This document shows positions 43,843-52,216 of a DNA stretch of 52,216 nt, one piece after another; positions within the stretch are counted from its first letter, which is position 1; each line of letters begins with the position of its first letter. Below the pieces are notes generated by a model, which ran no database searches, was not told the origin of the DNA, and worked only from the letters and a program-made list of their open reading frames with translations. Source of the DNA: Desulfobacterales bacterium (lineage in GTDB: Bacteria > Desulfobacterota > Desulfobacteria > Desulfobacterales > UBA11574); contig JBFESJ010000001.1 of assembly GCA_041548585.1 (NCBI GenBank), positions 1 through 52,216 of the forward strand, read 5' to 3'. A program made the position numbers and the translations under genes.

Positions 43843-45846
43843 ATGTCACCATTGAAAAAGACAGCCAAAAAGTCTTTAAAAACGAAAAAGAAAACAGACA
43901 AGCGCGTCACCACTTTAGGACCCGTAGAGGACCTTGAAAACTACGTTCCGTCGGATTGGTGGAACTGCATCTTTAATTCGCTTTATCTTAAAACGGATTC
44001 GGACGTTGTGGAAGATATTCATATGACACGTAAAGAAGTCGATCTGTTTTCTAAGATTGTCGACCTGAAAAATGAGGACAATATTCTTGATCTATGTTGT
44101 GGTCAAGGGCGACACGTTTTGGAACTTTCTCGAAGAGGGTTTAAAGCCGAAGGACTGGACAGGTCGCGCTTTTTGGTTCAAAAGGCAAAAGCAACGGCAA
44201 GAAAAGAGAATATCAGTGTTAGAATCAGGGAGGGAGATGCCAGAAAACTCCCCTTTTCTCCGGACGCTTTTGAGGTTGTCATGATGCTTGGAAACAGCTT
44301 CGGATATTTTGAAACTGTCCAGGACGACCTGAGGATATTAAAGGAAATATTCAGGGTGTTAAAACCCTGGGGAAGACTGCTTCTTGATGTGACGGACGGT
44401 GAATATCTTAAAAAGAATTTTCAAAACCGATCATGGGAATGGATTGATAAGAAACTATTTGTTTGCAGGGAACGCACCCTTTCCGCAGACGAACAGCGTC
44501 TTATTTCAAGAGAAATCGTAACGGATGTGACCAAAGGAATCATTGCAGACCAGTTTTATGCCGAAAGGCTTTACACAAGAGAAAATCTTCTGAAATTAAT
44601 TGAAAAAGCGGGTTTTTCCGATGCAGTAGTTCACGGTGAAATCTCTACAAACTCGGTAAGGAATCAGGATCTTGGAATGATGGAAAAACGAATCATCATC
44701 ACCGGAAAGGTAAAGAAAGAGTGGAGCCGCGTCCCTAAAAAATTAAAAAAAGATCCCAAAAAAAAGATCGTCGTTATTTTCGGTGATCCAAACAAGCCCG
44801 ATTCATTGAAACCTTGCGGAGTTTTCGACGACGACGATTTTTACACCATTGACCAATTGAAATCGGCGCTGCAGACATTGCCCGAATATGATTTCAGCTA
44901 TCTGTCTAACCACGATACCATGATTCAGGATTTAAACAAAAAGTCCGGAAAAATTCATTTTGTCTTTAACCTCTGTGACGAAGGCTTTAACAATGATCCT
45001 CGAAAGGAACTTCATCTTCCGGCACTACTTGAAGTACTTGATATACCTTACACCGGGTCTTCCACCCAGTGCCTTGCATTCTGCTACGACAAATCACTGG
45101 TACGCGGGATCGCTAGTGAAATGGGAATCCCGGTTCCAGAAGCGTTTTTCATCGAACCGGATGACACGACCTTTAACTTGCCGTTTTCCTTTCCGGTCAT
45201 TGTTAAGCCCAACTATGGAGATTCCAGTTTCGGCATTACACAACAAAGTGTTGCAAACAACCATGAGCAACTCCTCAACGCAATCTCTATGATTCGAGAA
45301 AAATTGGGTTATGACAAACCGATTCTTGTTGAAGAATTCTTGACCGGAAAAGATTTGAGTGTCGGTATTATCGGGAACCCCCTGACATCTTATAATGTTT
45401 TGCCCATAGCAGAAGAGAATTATTCGGCTGTTCCTAAAGAACTGCCAAGGGTTTGCGGATATGAAGCAAAGTGGCTTCCGGATTCCCCGTATTACAAAAT
45501 CAAAACTGTTCCAGCAAAATTGCCGGAAAAAACAGAAAAGTTCATTGTGGAATGCTGTATGAAGTTGTTTGAGAGACTGGAATGCAGGGATTACAGCCGG
45601 TTTGACTGGAGGCTCGACGCAAAAGGACATCCCAAGCTTCTGGAAGTCAATCCAAACCCCGGCTGGTGTTGGGACGGTCATCTGGCAAAAATGGCAAAAT
45701 TTGCAGAAATGTCCTATGCGGAGATGGTACAGGCGATTCTGGGCGCTGCTGAACAGCGACTTCAAAGTACTCATGTTTCAGACGTTCCTGTTTGCACAGA
45801 AGAAACCCGCACAGTACAACCGAAAACCGCTTTTAACCGGAGCTAA
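43843..45846 (+). CDS. fusion protein: class-I SAM methyltransferase + D-Ala-D-Ala-ligase-like ATP-grasp
   Basis: The 667-aa ORF has an AAGGAGG RBS and a Lys-rich N-terminus. Methyltransferase motif I is ILDLCCGQGRH. A Lys-rich linker leads to the ATP-grasp blocks FPVIVKPNYGDSSFGI, ILVEEFLTGKDLSV and LLEVNPNPGW. Confidence 0.75.
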   Translation: MSPLKKTAKKSLKTKKKTDKRVTTLGPVEDLENYVPSDWWNCIFNSLYLKTDSDVVEDIHMTRKEVDLFSKIVDLKNEDNILDLCCGQGRHVLELSRRGFKAEGLDRSRFLVQKAKATARKENISVRIREGDARKLPFSPDAFEVVMMLGNSFGYFETVQDDLRILKEIFRVLKPWGRLLLDVTDGEYLKKNFQNRSWEWIDKKLFVCRERTLSADEQRLISREIVTDVTKGIIADQFYAERLYTRENLLKLIEKAGFSDAVVHGEISTNSVRNQDLGMMEKRIIITGKVKKEWSRVPKKLKKDPKKKIVVIFGDPNKPDSLKPCGVFDDDDFYTIDQLKSALQTLPEYDFSYLSNHDTMIQDLNKKSGKIHFVFNLCDEGFNNDPRKELHLPALLEVLDIPYTGSSTQCLAFCYDKSLVRGIASEMGIPVPEAFFIEPDDTTFNLPFSFPVIVKPNYGDSSFGITQQSVANNHEQLLNAISMIREKLGYDKPILVEEFLTGKDLSVGIIGNPLTSYNVLPIAEENYSAVPKELPRVCGYEAKWLPDSPYYKIKTVPAKLPEKTEKFIVECCMKLFERLECRDYSRFDWRLDAKGHPKLLEVNPNPGWCWDGHLAKMAKFAEMSYAEMVQAILGAAEQRLQSTHVSDVPVCTEETRTVQPKTAFNRS

Positions 45847-45914
45847 AAACCTGCTGAAAGACTGTTGTCCAAAACACTTTTCGTTGGCTCTGAAACGTTT
45901 TTTGATAAATCAAA

Positions 45915-46898
45915 ATGAACGACAATAAAACCAACCCACTAAACCCAAAAATCCGATACTCATTTTTCAAAATACCCACAGGATCCGATCTTTCGAAAAG
46001 GCGGTTACCGATTATGTCTGCGGACAGCGGAAATCCGGGACCCGTTGTGTGGCTGACGGCCTGTAGTCATGGCGACGAAGTCGGAGGTGTTGTAATTATC
46101 CAAGAGATATTCAAAAAAATCCGTCGGGGGAAAAATCTTATTAAGGGCGCTATTTTTGCTTTTCCCCTGATGAATCCGATCGGTTTTGAAACGGCCTCCC
46201 GGCATATCACGTTAAGTAAAGAAGATCTCAACCGTTCCTTTCCGGGCAATAAAGACGGCTCTCTAGGGGAGAGAATAGCGGATATTATATTTACGACGAT
46301 TCTTAAAACGAATCCCAGGATTGTTTTGGATCTTCACAATGATTGGATCAAATCAATGCCTTATGCGTTGATTGATCCGGATCGCGATCCCAAGCTTTCC
46401 GATGTCAACCGAACCAGCGAATTTTTTGCTTCAACAACCGGATTATTGGTGGTGCGTGACACGGAAGAACTTCACAAATCTCTTTGCGCCAGTTTGCATA
46501 AACACAATATACCGGCACTGACACTGGAACTTGGAGAACCTAATATTATTAACGAAAAAAATGTCGAATATGGTGTAAGATCCATCGAAAAAATTTTGTT
46601 ATATCTTGAAATGATTAAACCGGTGAACGAGCCGTTCCAATATCAGATCCCCGAGATTTACAACGGTAAAATCCTCAAATATTTCGCCAAGCCCTACAGT
46701 ACAACCAGTGGTATAATCAGATTTCTGGTTAAGCCGGGAGATGTTGTTAAAAAAGATCAGAACCTGGCTAAAATCTACAATACGTTTGGGAGATTACAAA
46801 AAACGCTGACCGCTTTACACGACGGCATTGTTTTAGGGCATTGCGACTCTTGTGTTGCATTTCCCGGAATGCCGGTTCTGGCATTTGGAATAGAATAG
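45915..46898 (+). CDS. succinylglutamate-desuccinylase/aspartoacylase-family (M14-like) zinc deacylase
   Basis: The 327-aa ORF has the blocks ACSHGDEVGG (HxxE) and VLDLHND. Confidence 0.7.
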   Translation: MNDNKTNPLNPKIRYSFFKIPTGSDLSKRRLPIMSADSGNPGPVVWLTACSHGDEVGGVVIIQEIFKKIRRGKNLIKGAIFAFPLMNPIGFETASRHITLSKEDLNRSFPGNKDGSLGERIADIIFTTILKTNPRIVLDLHNDWIKSMPYALIDPDRDPKLSDVNRTSEFFASTTGLLVVRDTEELHKSLCASLHKHNIPALTLELGEPNIINEKNVEYGVRSIEKILLYLEMIKPVNEPFQYQIPEIYNGKILKYFAKPYSTTSGIIRFLVKPGDVVKKDQNLAKIYNTFGRLQKTLTALHDGIVLGHCDSCVAFPGMPVLAFGIE

Positions 46899-47038
46899 AT
46901 GAAAGTCTATCGCTAAGTTTCTATTTTTTTACACTTAAAAAATCCTTACTGACGACATCCATTTGATCTTCCAATTCCACCAAAATATTCTGTATTCAAG
47001 ATTTAAAGCTTTTCAACACATTCGCTTACTCAAACGGA

Positions 47039-48262
47039 TTATTGCTCATTGTTTGGAAAATCAGTACCACAAAGGGCAAAAAAAGAAGTCCCTGCGATAC
47101 CAAACAAAAATGCAACAATAAAGTTGGTGGATGGGCCAATCTGCCAGAGAAAAGCACCGCCAAAAGCCGCGATGGAGACAACGATATCCCGAAGAAGATA
47201 ATACAGACCAAACATGGCGGCTTTCCGGTCTTCAGGCGCAAGATCCATTATCAGTGCTTTCCGGGTCGGCTCACCAAACTCCTTGAGACCCCGCAGGATA
47301 AAAGCCAATACCAGCCATTTAAACGATTGGCAGAACAGAAGCACCACCGGAAAGATCGTAAAAAACCCAAACGTTATGACGACGAACGGCTTTTTGGTCG
47401 TTTTATCCGCCAGATACGCCACCGGAATATAGACCAGCATGGCTGTGGTCATTTCAATGGCTGTTAAGATGCCGAACGATAACGCCGTTACCGGTTCGGT
47501 AATGGTCTTCATGCACCAGACCACGACAAACGCATAGGGGATCTGTTCGCAAAACCGAACCAGAATGTCGGAAACCAGTAATCGTTTGAGCGACGGACCC
47601 ATCTCACGTAATACCTTTATGGGATTTTTTTCAGGTGCTTTCGAAGATGATTCAACGGCACTTCTGGGTGGGTCTTCTTCGATGAGAATCTGTTGGAGTA
47701 TCGTTGCCACAATCGCCAGCAAAAAGGCACACACAAAGGCAAACCGAACACCGTTACGCTCACCCCATAGACCGATACACACGCCGCCCAAAATGGGTCC
47801 GAGTCCCATGGGGATTCTCCTCACCAGAGAGTGCATGGAAACCCCCATGGTTCGTTTGTTCATGGGCAGCACCCGGGCGATAAGGCTCATGGTTGCCGGC
47901 AAAGAGATGGCCGACCATGAAAGAAAAAATATGGCCCCCAATACCACCGCCTGCCAGGAAGGGATCAGTATCACGATAAGAAATCCGAACATGGCAGTGA
48001 CGTTAAAAACAAGCAGGGCTTTTTTGGTGCCCATGCGGTCGGAAAGATAGCCTCCGGGAAAGGCATAGAGAGCGGACAAAAGGTTGTCAAGACCGTTGAG
48101 AAGGCCGATGGATATGGCGCCGCCCCCCAGAGCGATGAGATAAATCGGTAAAAATCTCTCGGCCATCCGCTCGCCCATACCCACAAGGATAACCATGAAC
48201 AGCATCCCGACGGTACTTTTTCGAAGGCCGAGAAAATCGGAAATATGTGTCCGTATGGACAT
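47039..48262 (-). CDS. MFS transporter
   Basis: The 407-aa ORF has about 12 hydrophobic segments and the loop motif GYLSDRMGTKK between TM2 and TM3. Confidence 0.8.
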   Translation of the reverse strand: MSIRTHISDFLGLRKSTVGMLFMVILVGMGERMAERFLPIYLIALGGGAISIGLLNGLDNLLSALYAFPGGYLSDRMGTKKALLVFNVTAMFGFLIVILIPSWQAVVLGAIFFLSWSAISLPATMSLIARVLPMNKRTMGVSMHSLVRRIPMGLGPILGGVCIGLWGERNGVRFAFVCAFLLAIVATILQQILIEEDPPRSAVESSSKAPEKNPIKVLREMGPSLKRLLVSDILVRFCEQIPYAFVVVWCMKTITEPVTALSFGILTAIEMTTAMLVYIPVAYLADKTTKKPFVVITFGFFTIFPVVLLFCQSFKWLVLAFILRGLKEFGEPTRKALIMDLAPEDRKAAMFGLYYLLRDIVVSIAAFGGAFLWQIGPSTNFIVAFLFGIAGTSFFALCGTDFPNNEQ

Positions 48263-48745
48263 AACGATACTACCTTAATATGTGCCCAACTCTAATCGGT
48301 TATATTCTGAGCATTTTGATGCTCTGAATCAATAAAAGAATTTTACACAGTTGTGGTATATGGGATTTTAGCCATCACTCCAATAAACCGGTTAACAAAT
48401 AACGAACGAACGGAAGATTCTGAAACATCTTCTAATTCTTTATGTTATGTGAATTCAAGCCATAAGTGCAATACCCCATGCGTTGTTTTTCTCTTACAAA
48501 AACAAAATGGCGGCTTAAACGCCCAACTGTTTTTCTTATTGTTTGTATCTATGGTTTGATCTATACTTAACATGCTCAATTAACAGCCAAAATATCTTTT
48601 TGTTGACAAAATGCTACAATGTAACATATATGGTCAAATGTGATCTTTCCCGCAAAACGGATATTATTTGCTTTATTTCTCAGATTGTACTGAGAGATTT
48701 TTTCAATAAAACAGAGCAAAAACCGTAGATAGAGGAAATGTTGAT

Positions 48746-49564
48746 ATGTCGCTCATTACCCTAACAGCCAGTATCGGATGTGGTGCCATGAGCATTGCAA
48801 AACGTGTCGCTGAAGATCTTCAGATAGTGCTTTACGATGACGACCGCCTTCAAAAAGAAGCCCTTGAAATGGGCATATCTTCTCGAGACCTTAAGGGGTT
48901 TGACCAAAAGGCTCCCGGTTTATTCAGCCGGCTTCTCAGGCGCAGGCCGGAAATCTATTTGGAACTTATGGCGGCTGTTATCTACGAGGTGGCTCGGCGC
49001 GGGGACGGAATCATCATCGGACAGGGAGCCCCTTATTTTTTAAAGGACTTCGACTGTGCCTTGCATTTGCGATTGCATGCGTCCGAATCTTTTCGTACGC
49101 ATCGGCTGGCACATCAAATTCAGATCACCCTGGAAGAGGCCGGAAAAATGATCGAAAAGCGGGATAGTGAACTCAAGGGGTTTTTGCAGTTTTCGTTTCA
49201 GATGGATTGGAATGATCTGTCATTATATGATCTGGTTATTAACACACACAAAATGGGCATTGAGGCGGCTGTCGATTTGGTTGTAAATCTGGCCAAAAAT
49301 AGACATATTCAAGAGTGCAGCCTCGCTGCATTGGAATCAATGGGGAAATTATCCACATTGAAAAAGGTTGAAGCCGCCATTATCAAGGCAAACATCAACC
49401 CCCAGGAATTGGATATTGAAGTTCCTGAAAAAGGCGTGGTAAAGCTGACAGGCTTAATTAATCCCATGCGCACTGTGGCGGGTGTGACCGAAATCATAAA
49501 ATCCGTTTCCGGTGTAAAAAAGGTCATTTGCGAGGCCGAAAGGCATCCTTTACCCAGTATTTAA
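48746..49564 (+). CDS. cytidylate-kinase-like P-loop protein with C-terminal BON-like domain
   Basis: The N-terminus is ITLTASIGCGAMSIAKRVAEDL. The C-terminus, VVKLTGLINPMRTVAGVTEIIKSVSGVKKV, resembles a BON domain. Confidence 0.5.
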   Translation: MSLITLTASIGCGAMSIAKRVAEDLQIVLYDDDRLQKEALEMGISSRDLKGFDQKAPGLFSRLLRRRPEIYLELMAAVIYEVARRGDGIIIGQGAPYFLKDFDCALHLRLHASESFRTHRLAHQIQITLEEAGKMIEKRDSELKGFLQFSFQMDWNDLSLYDLVINTHKMGIEAAVDLVVNLAKNRHIQECSLAALESMGKLSTLKKVEAAIIKANINPQELDIEVPEKGVVKLTGLINPMRTVAGVTEIIKSVSGVKKVICEAERHPLPSI

Positions 49565-49840
49565 ATCCAATGACCTTATATGGCTGTATGCTATAATTCG
49601 TCGATATTTTATGATGGTTTTTATGCTGATCATTCATTTAGCTTTATTTCAAACACAACGTGCGCTTTGATAATTTGAAAGTCTTAAGTTGACTTCTAAG
49701 AGGGGTTGTGATTGATTGCTTGTATGTTTAGAAAAACTCAACTATTCGATATAACTGATTAATCTGAATAGTTTTTTGAACATTTACATCTCTAAAGAAA
49801 CAAATCCGCTGAAGATCTGAGCGGTTATACTGGACGTGTA

Positions 49841-51334
49841 ATGGGCCAAGATATTGAAAAAGAATATTTACTCAAGGCGATTGGCGCTTTTAAAAGACGG
49901 TTCATCGTGGTTTCACCCGACTTTAAAATCCTGGCTGCCAACTGCCGGCCGAACGATATTTCCGATTCTAAAGTCATTGGAAAATGCTGTTATGAAGTGT
50001 TTTATGAACGATTATCTCCCTGTGAAAATTGTGCGGTAAAAGAGTCTATAGAAAAGCGTAAACCCACACTAATGCCCAAACCGGAAAACACATTGGATAT
50101 CGATGAAATGCCGTGTTATTTTGCGTATCCCATCTATTCCGGGGATGATATCGAAGCTTTTGTCAGCATGGATTTTGATCTGCCCACCCGGGGTGGGCTG
50201 GAAGAAAAACTGCAACGTTCCAATGCCTTTTTACGCAATCTCATTTTCAGTGCCGTGGATGGTGTTATTGCATCTGATAAAACCGGCAAGATTCTCATCT
50301 TCAATGATGCCGCCACCAATGTTTTTGGCTATTCGGTGGATGAAGCACTCCATCATCTCAATGTTCGGGATATTTATCCCGATAATAATGCGTATGAAGT
50401 CATGCGAAACCTCAGAAAAGACGATTACGGTGGAAAGGGTAAACTCCAATCGTATCAGGTCGATGTAATCAGCAAGCATGGAGAAGTTATTCCCATCTAC
50501 CTGAATGCAAGCATTATTTATGAGAATGGACAAGAGATTGCAACCATCGGATTTTTTCATGATCTTCGAGAAGAGCTCCGAATGAAAGACGAACTGGATA
50601 AAACCCAGCTTCAGCTTCTTCAGGCAGAAAAGATGTCGTCTTTAGGCAAACTGGCCGCTGGCGTAGCACACCAACTAAACAATCCCCTTGGAGGAATTAC
50701 GCTGTATGCCAAACTCATCCTGGAAGAATATGACCTGGAAAAGGGCGCTAAAGAAGACCTGGATAGAATTATAAGGGACGCTAAAAGATGTCGGGATACG
50801 GTAAAGGAGCTGCTCGAGTTTACCCGACAGACACGCCATTTAATGAGACCCCATGACATTAACCGCGCGATTACCCGGACGCTTTTTCTTTTGGAAAGCC
50901 AGACCTTGTTCCATAATATCGTAATTAAAAAGGACCTGGCCCCATCACTCCCCTTAGTCCTGTCGGACGTCCAGCAGCTGTACCATTTGTTTATGAATAT
51001 CATACTCAATGCAGCACAGGCCATGGGAGGAAGGGGGACGCTTACAGTAAAAAGCCGTTTGCTTCCTGATGTGAACAGAGTTTGTATAGCCATATCCGAT
51101 ACAGGTCCGGGAATATCCGAAGCGCATCTTCCCCAAATCTTCGAACCTTTTTTTACGACCAAAGACGAAGGAAAGGGAACCGGTCTGGGCCTTAGTCTGG
51201 CCTATCGAATCGTTCAAAATCATGGAGGTCGTATCCGTGCTGAAAGTTCACCCGGCAAAGGAGCGACCTTTACGATAGAGCTTCCCATTGGGCCTAAACA
51301 TGATGAAGGAGACGAAAGTGGAAATAAGACCTGA
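49841..51334 (+). CDS. PAS-containing sensor histidine kinase with N-terminal Cys cluster
   Basis: The ORF has the Cys cluster [16 protein letters not shown], a PAS region, the H-box [12 protein letters not shown] and the HATPase blocks DTGPGI and GTGLGLS. Confidence 0.85.
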   Translation: MGQDIEKEYLLKAIGAFKRRFIVVSPDFKILAANCRPNDISDSKVIGKCCYEVFYERLSPCENCAVKESIEKRKPTLMPKPENTLDIDEMPCYFAYPIYSGDDIEAFVSMDFDLPTRGGLEEKLQRSNAFLRNLIFSAVDGVIASDKTGKILIFNDAATNVFGYSVDEALHHLNVRDIYPDNNAYEVMRNLRKDDYGGKGKLQSYQVDVISKHGEVIPIYLNASIIYENGQEIATIGFFHDLREELRMKDELDKTQLQLLQAEKMSSLGKLAAGVAHQLNNPLGGITLYAKLILEEYDLEKGAKEDLDRIIRDAKRCRDTVKELLEFTRQTRHLMRPHDINRAITRTLFLLESQTLFHNIVIKKDLAPSLPLVLSDVQQLYHLFMNIILNAAQAMGGRGTLTVKSRLLPDVNRVCIAISDTGPGISEAHLPQIFEPFFTTKDEGKGTGLGLSLAYRIVQNHGGRIRAESSPGKGATFTIELPIGPKHDEGDESGNKT

Positions 51335-52216
51335 CGCCTTGGTATTGGTTGTCGATGATGAGCAGGATATTCGTGATGCATCTGAACGTATCCTTTCTCG
51401 AGCCGGCTATCAGGTCCAAAAGGCGTCTCGTGGAGACGAAGCACTGGATATCATTAATAAGAACAGTGTCGACATTGTGCTTCTTGACTTAAAGATGCCG
51501 GGTATGGACGGGCTGGAAGTATTGGCGCGAATTCGGGAGCGGAACGCCGAAATTCAAGTGATTGTTATTACAGGATATGCTACGGTAGAAACCGCTATCG
51601 AAGCTATGAAACAAGGGGCCTATGATTTCATTCCCAAGCCCTTTGAACCGGATCAGCTTAGAATCGTTGTCCATCGGGCCTGGGAGAAGATCCGATTTAT
51701 CCGTGAGGCTGAAAAACTTGAGCAGGAGAGAAATCGGACCTTGTCCGATCTGGATACGGAAAAAAGCCGCGTACGCACCATTATCGAATCTTTTCCAAGT
51801 GGCGTTGTTGTGACCGATTCTAAAGGAAGGGTGGTGTTGATGAACCCGGCCTTCAAGCAACTTCTCGGTCTTGATTCCAGCCTGAAAGCCGGCAAAGGGA
51901 TAGAGGCGTATCTTCCTGACAAAGAGTTGTGTCAACTGGTCATGGAAATCTCCCGAGGAAAATACGTGGATTATGATGATCTCGGTGATTATGAATTTTC
52001 TGTCTCAAATGAAAAACATCTCATGGCCAGGGGGCAGCCGGTTTTGGGTGAACGAAATGAATGTCTCGGAGCGGTTCTCAATATTGTGGATATTTCTGAT
52101 TTGAAGCTTTTGGATCAACTTAAATCGGAATTTGTAGCAAAGGTGTCGCACGAACTTCGATCCCCCCTTTCAACCATTCATGAGCAACTTGCTCTGGTTA
52201 TCAAGGACATGGTCGG
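51300..52216 (+). CDS. response-regulator receiver + PAS + HisKA hybrid sensor kinase (3'-truncated by window end)
   Basis: The frame stays open to the window end. It has LVLVVDDEQD...LLDLKMPGMDG...PKPF (a canonical receiver), then a PAS region and SHELRSPLS (H-box). The start is uncertain: ATG at 51300/51303 or GTG at 51318 with an AGGAG upstream. Confidence 0.8.
   Translation, partial: MMKETKVEIRPDALVLVVDDEQDIRDASERILSRAGYQVQKASRGDEALDIINKNSVDIVLLDLKMPGMDGLEVLARIRERNAEIQVIVITGYATVETAIEAMKQGAYDFIPKPFEPDQLRIVVHRAWEKIRFIREAEKLEQERNRTLSDLDTEKSRVRTIIESFPSGVVVTDSKGRVVLMNPAFKQLLGLDSSLKAGKGIEAYLPDKELCQLVMEISRGKYVDYDDLGDYEFSVSNEKHLMARGQPVLGERNECLGAVLNIVDISDLKLLDQLKSEFVAKVSHELRSPLSTIHEQLALVIKDMV

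Noticed and set aside
1-52216. I looked for CRISPR arrays, tRNA/rRNA genes, transposases, integrases and phage genes.
   Set aside because: I found no regularly spaced direct repeats, no tRNA-like GTTCGAATC arms in intergenic regions, and no ORF with transposase, integrase or phage signatures. The only signs of mobility are the internal duplications and the palindromic element reported above.

Overview
This 52.2-kb window looks like a chromosomal segment from an anaerobic, probably Desulfobacterota-like bacterium; that taxonomic guess is inference only. I found no rRNA, tRNA, CRISPR array or intact transposase.

Layout from left to right:
1. Positions 1-2.8 kb hold a hotdog thioesterase and an ADP-forming acetyl-CoA synthetase.
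2. Positions 3-9 kb hold a plus-strand cluster of unknown product. It encodes a GS-like amidoligase, two tandem class-II (Ntn) amidotransferase-like paralogs (one with degenerate catalytic motifs), a PP-loop-like protein, a TIM-barrel isomerase-like protein and an ApgM-type metallo-phosphomutase.
3. Positions 9.3-21 kb hold a minus-strand complex-I operon, nuoABCDHIJK...MN. It has no nuoEFG and carries four antiporter-like subunits plus an 82-aa membrane protein.
4. Positions 21.3-23.1 kb hold the mercury-methylation pair hgcA/hgcB, preceded by a CopZ/MerP-like HMA metallochaperone gene.
5. Positions 23.6-31.7 kb hold CBS and PAS proteins, an NMO/FabK-like oxidoreductase, an HTH protein with a Cys-rich domain, a secreted M1-peptidase/ChaN/PDZ fusion and a TPR protein.
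6. Positions 31.9-46.9 kb form an island that looks AT-richer by eye. It carries seven exact TGGCA-N7-TTGC (sigma54 -24/-12) motifs, all intergenic and correctly oriented. They sit in front of three paralogous small proteins, an HU plus zinc-ribbon operon, a DksA-like operon, a SET-pdaD-DHS-like-speB operon, a speD/speD-like/speE operon and a methyltransferase::ATP-grasp plus M14-like deacylase pair. The island also contains one NtrC-type activator with a degenerate receiver domain, a decayed copy of that activator, and a shared upstream palindrome.
7. Positions 47-52.2 kb hold an MFS transporter, a cytidylate-kinase-like/BON protein and two sensor kinases.

The best candidates for undescribed biology are the sigma54 island and the amidoligase/GATase cluster. 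All calls rest on motifs read by eye; no database search was run.
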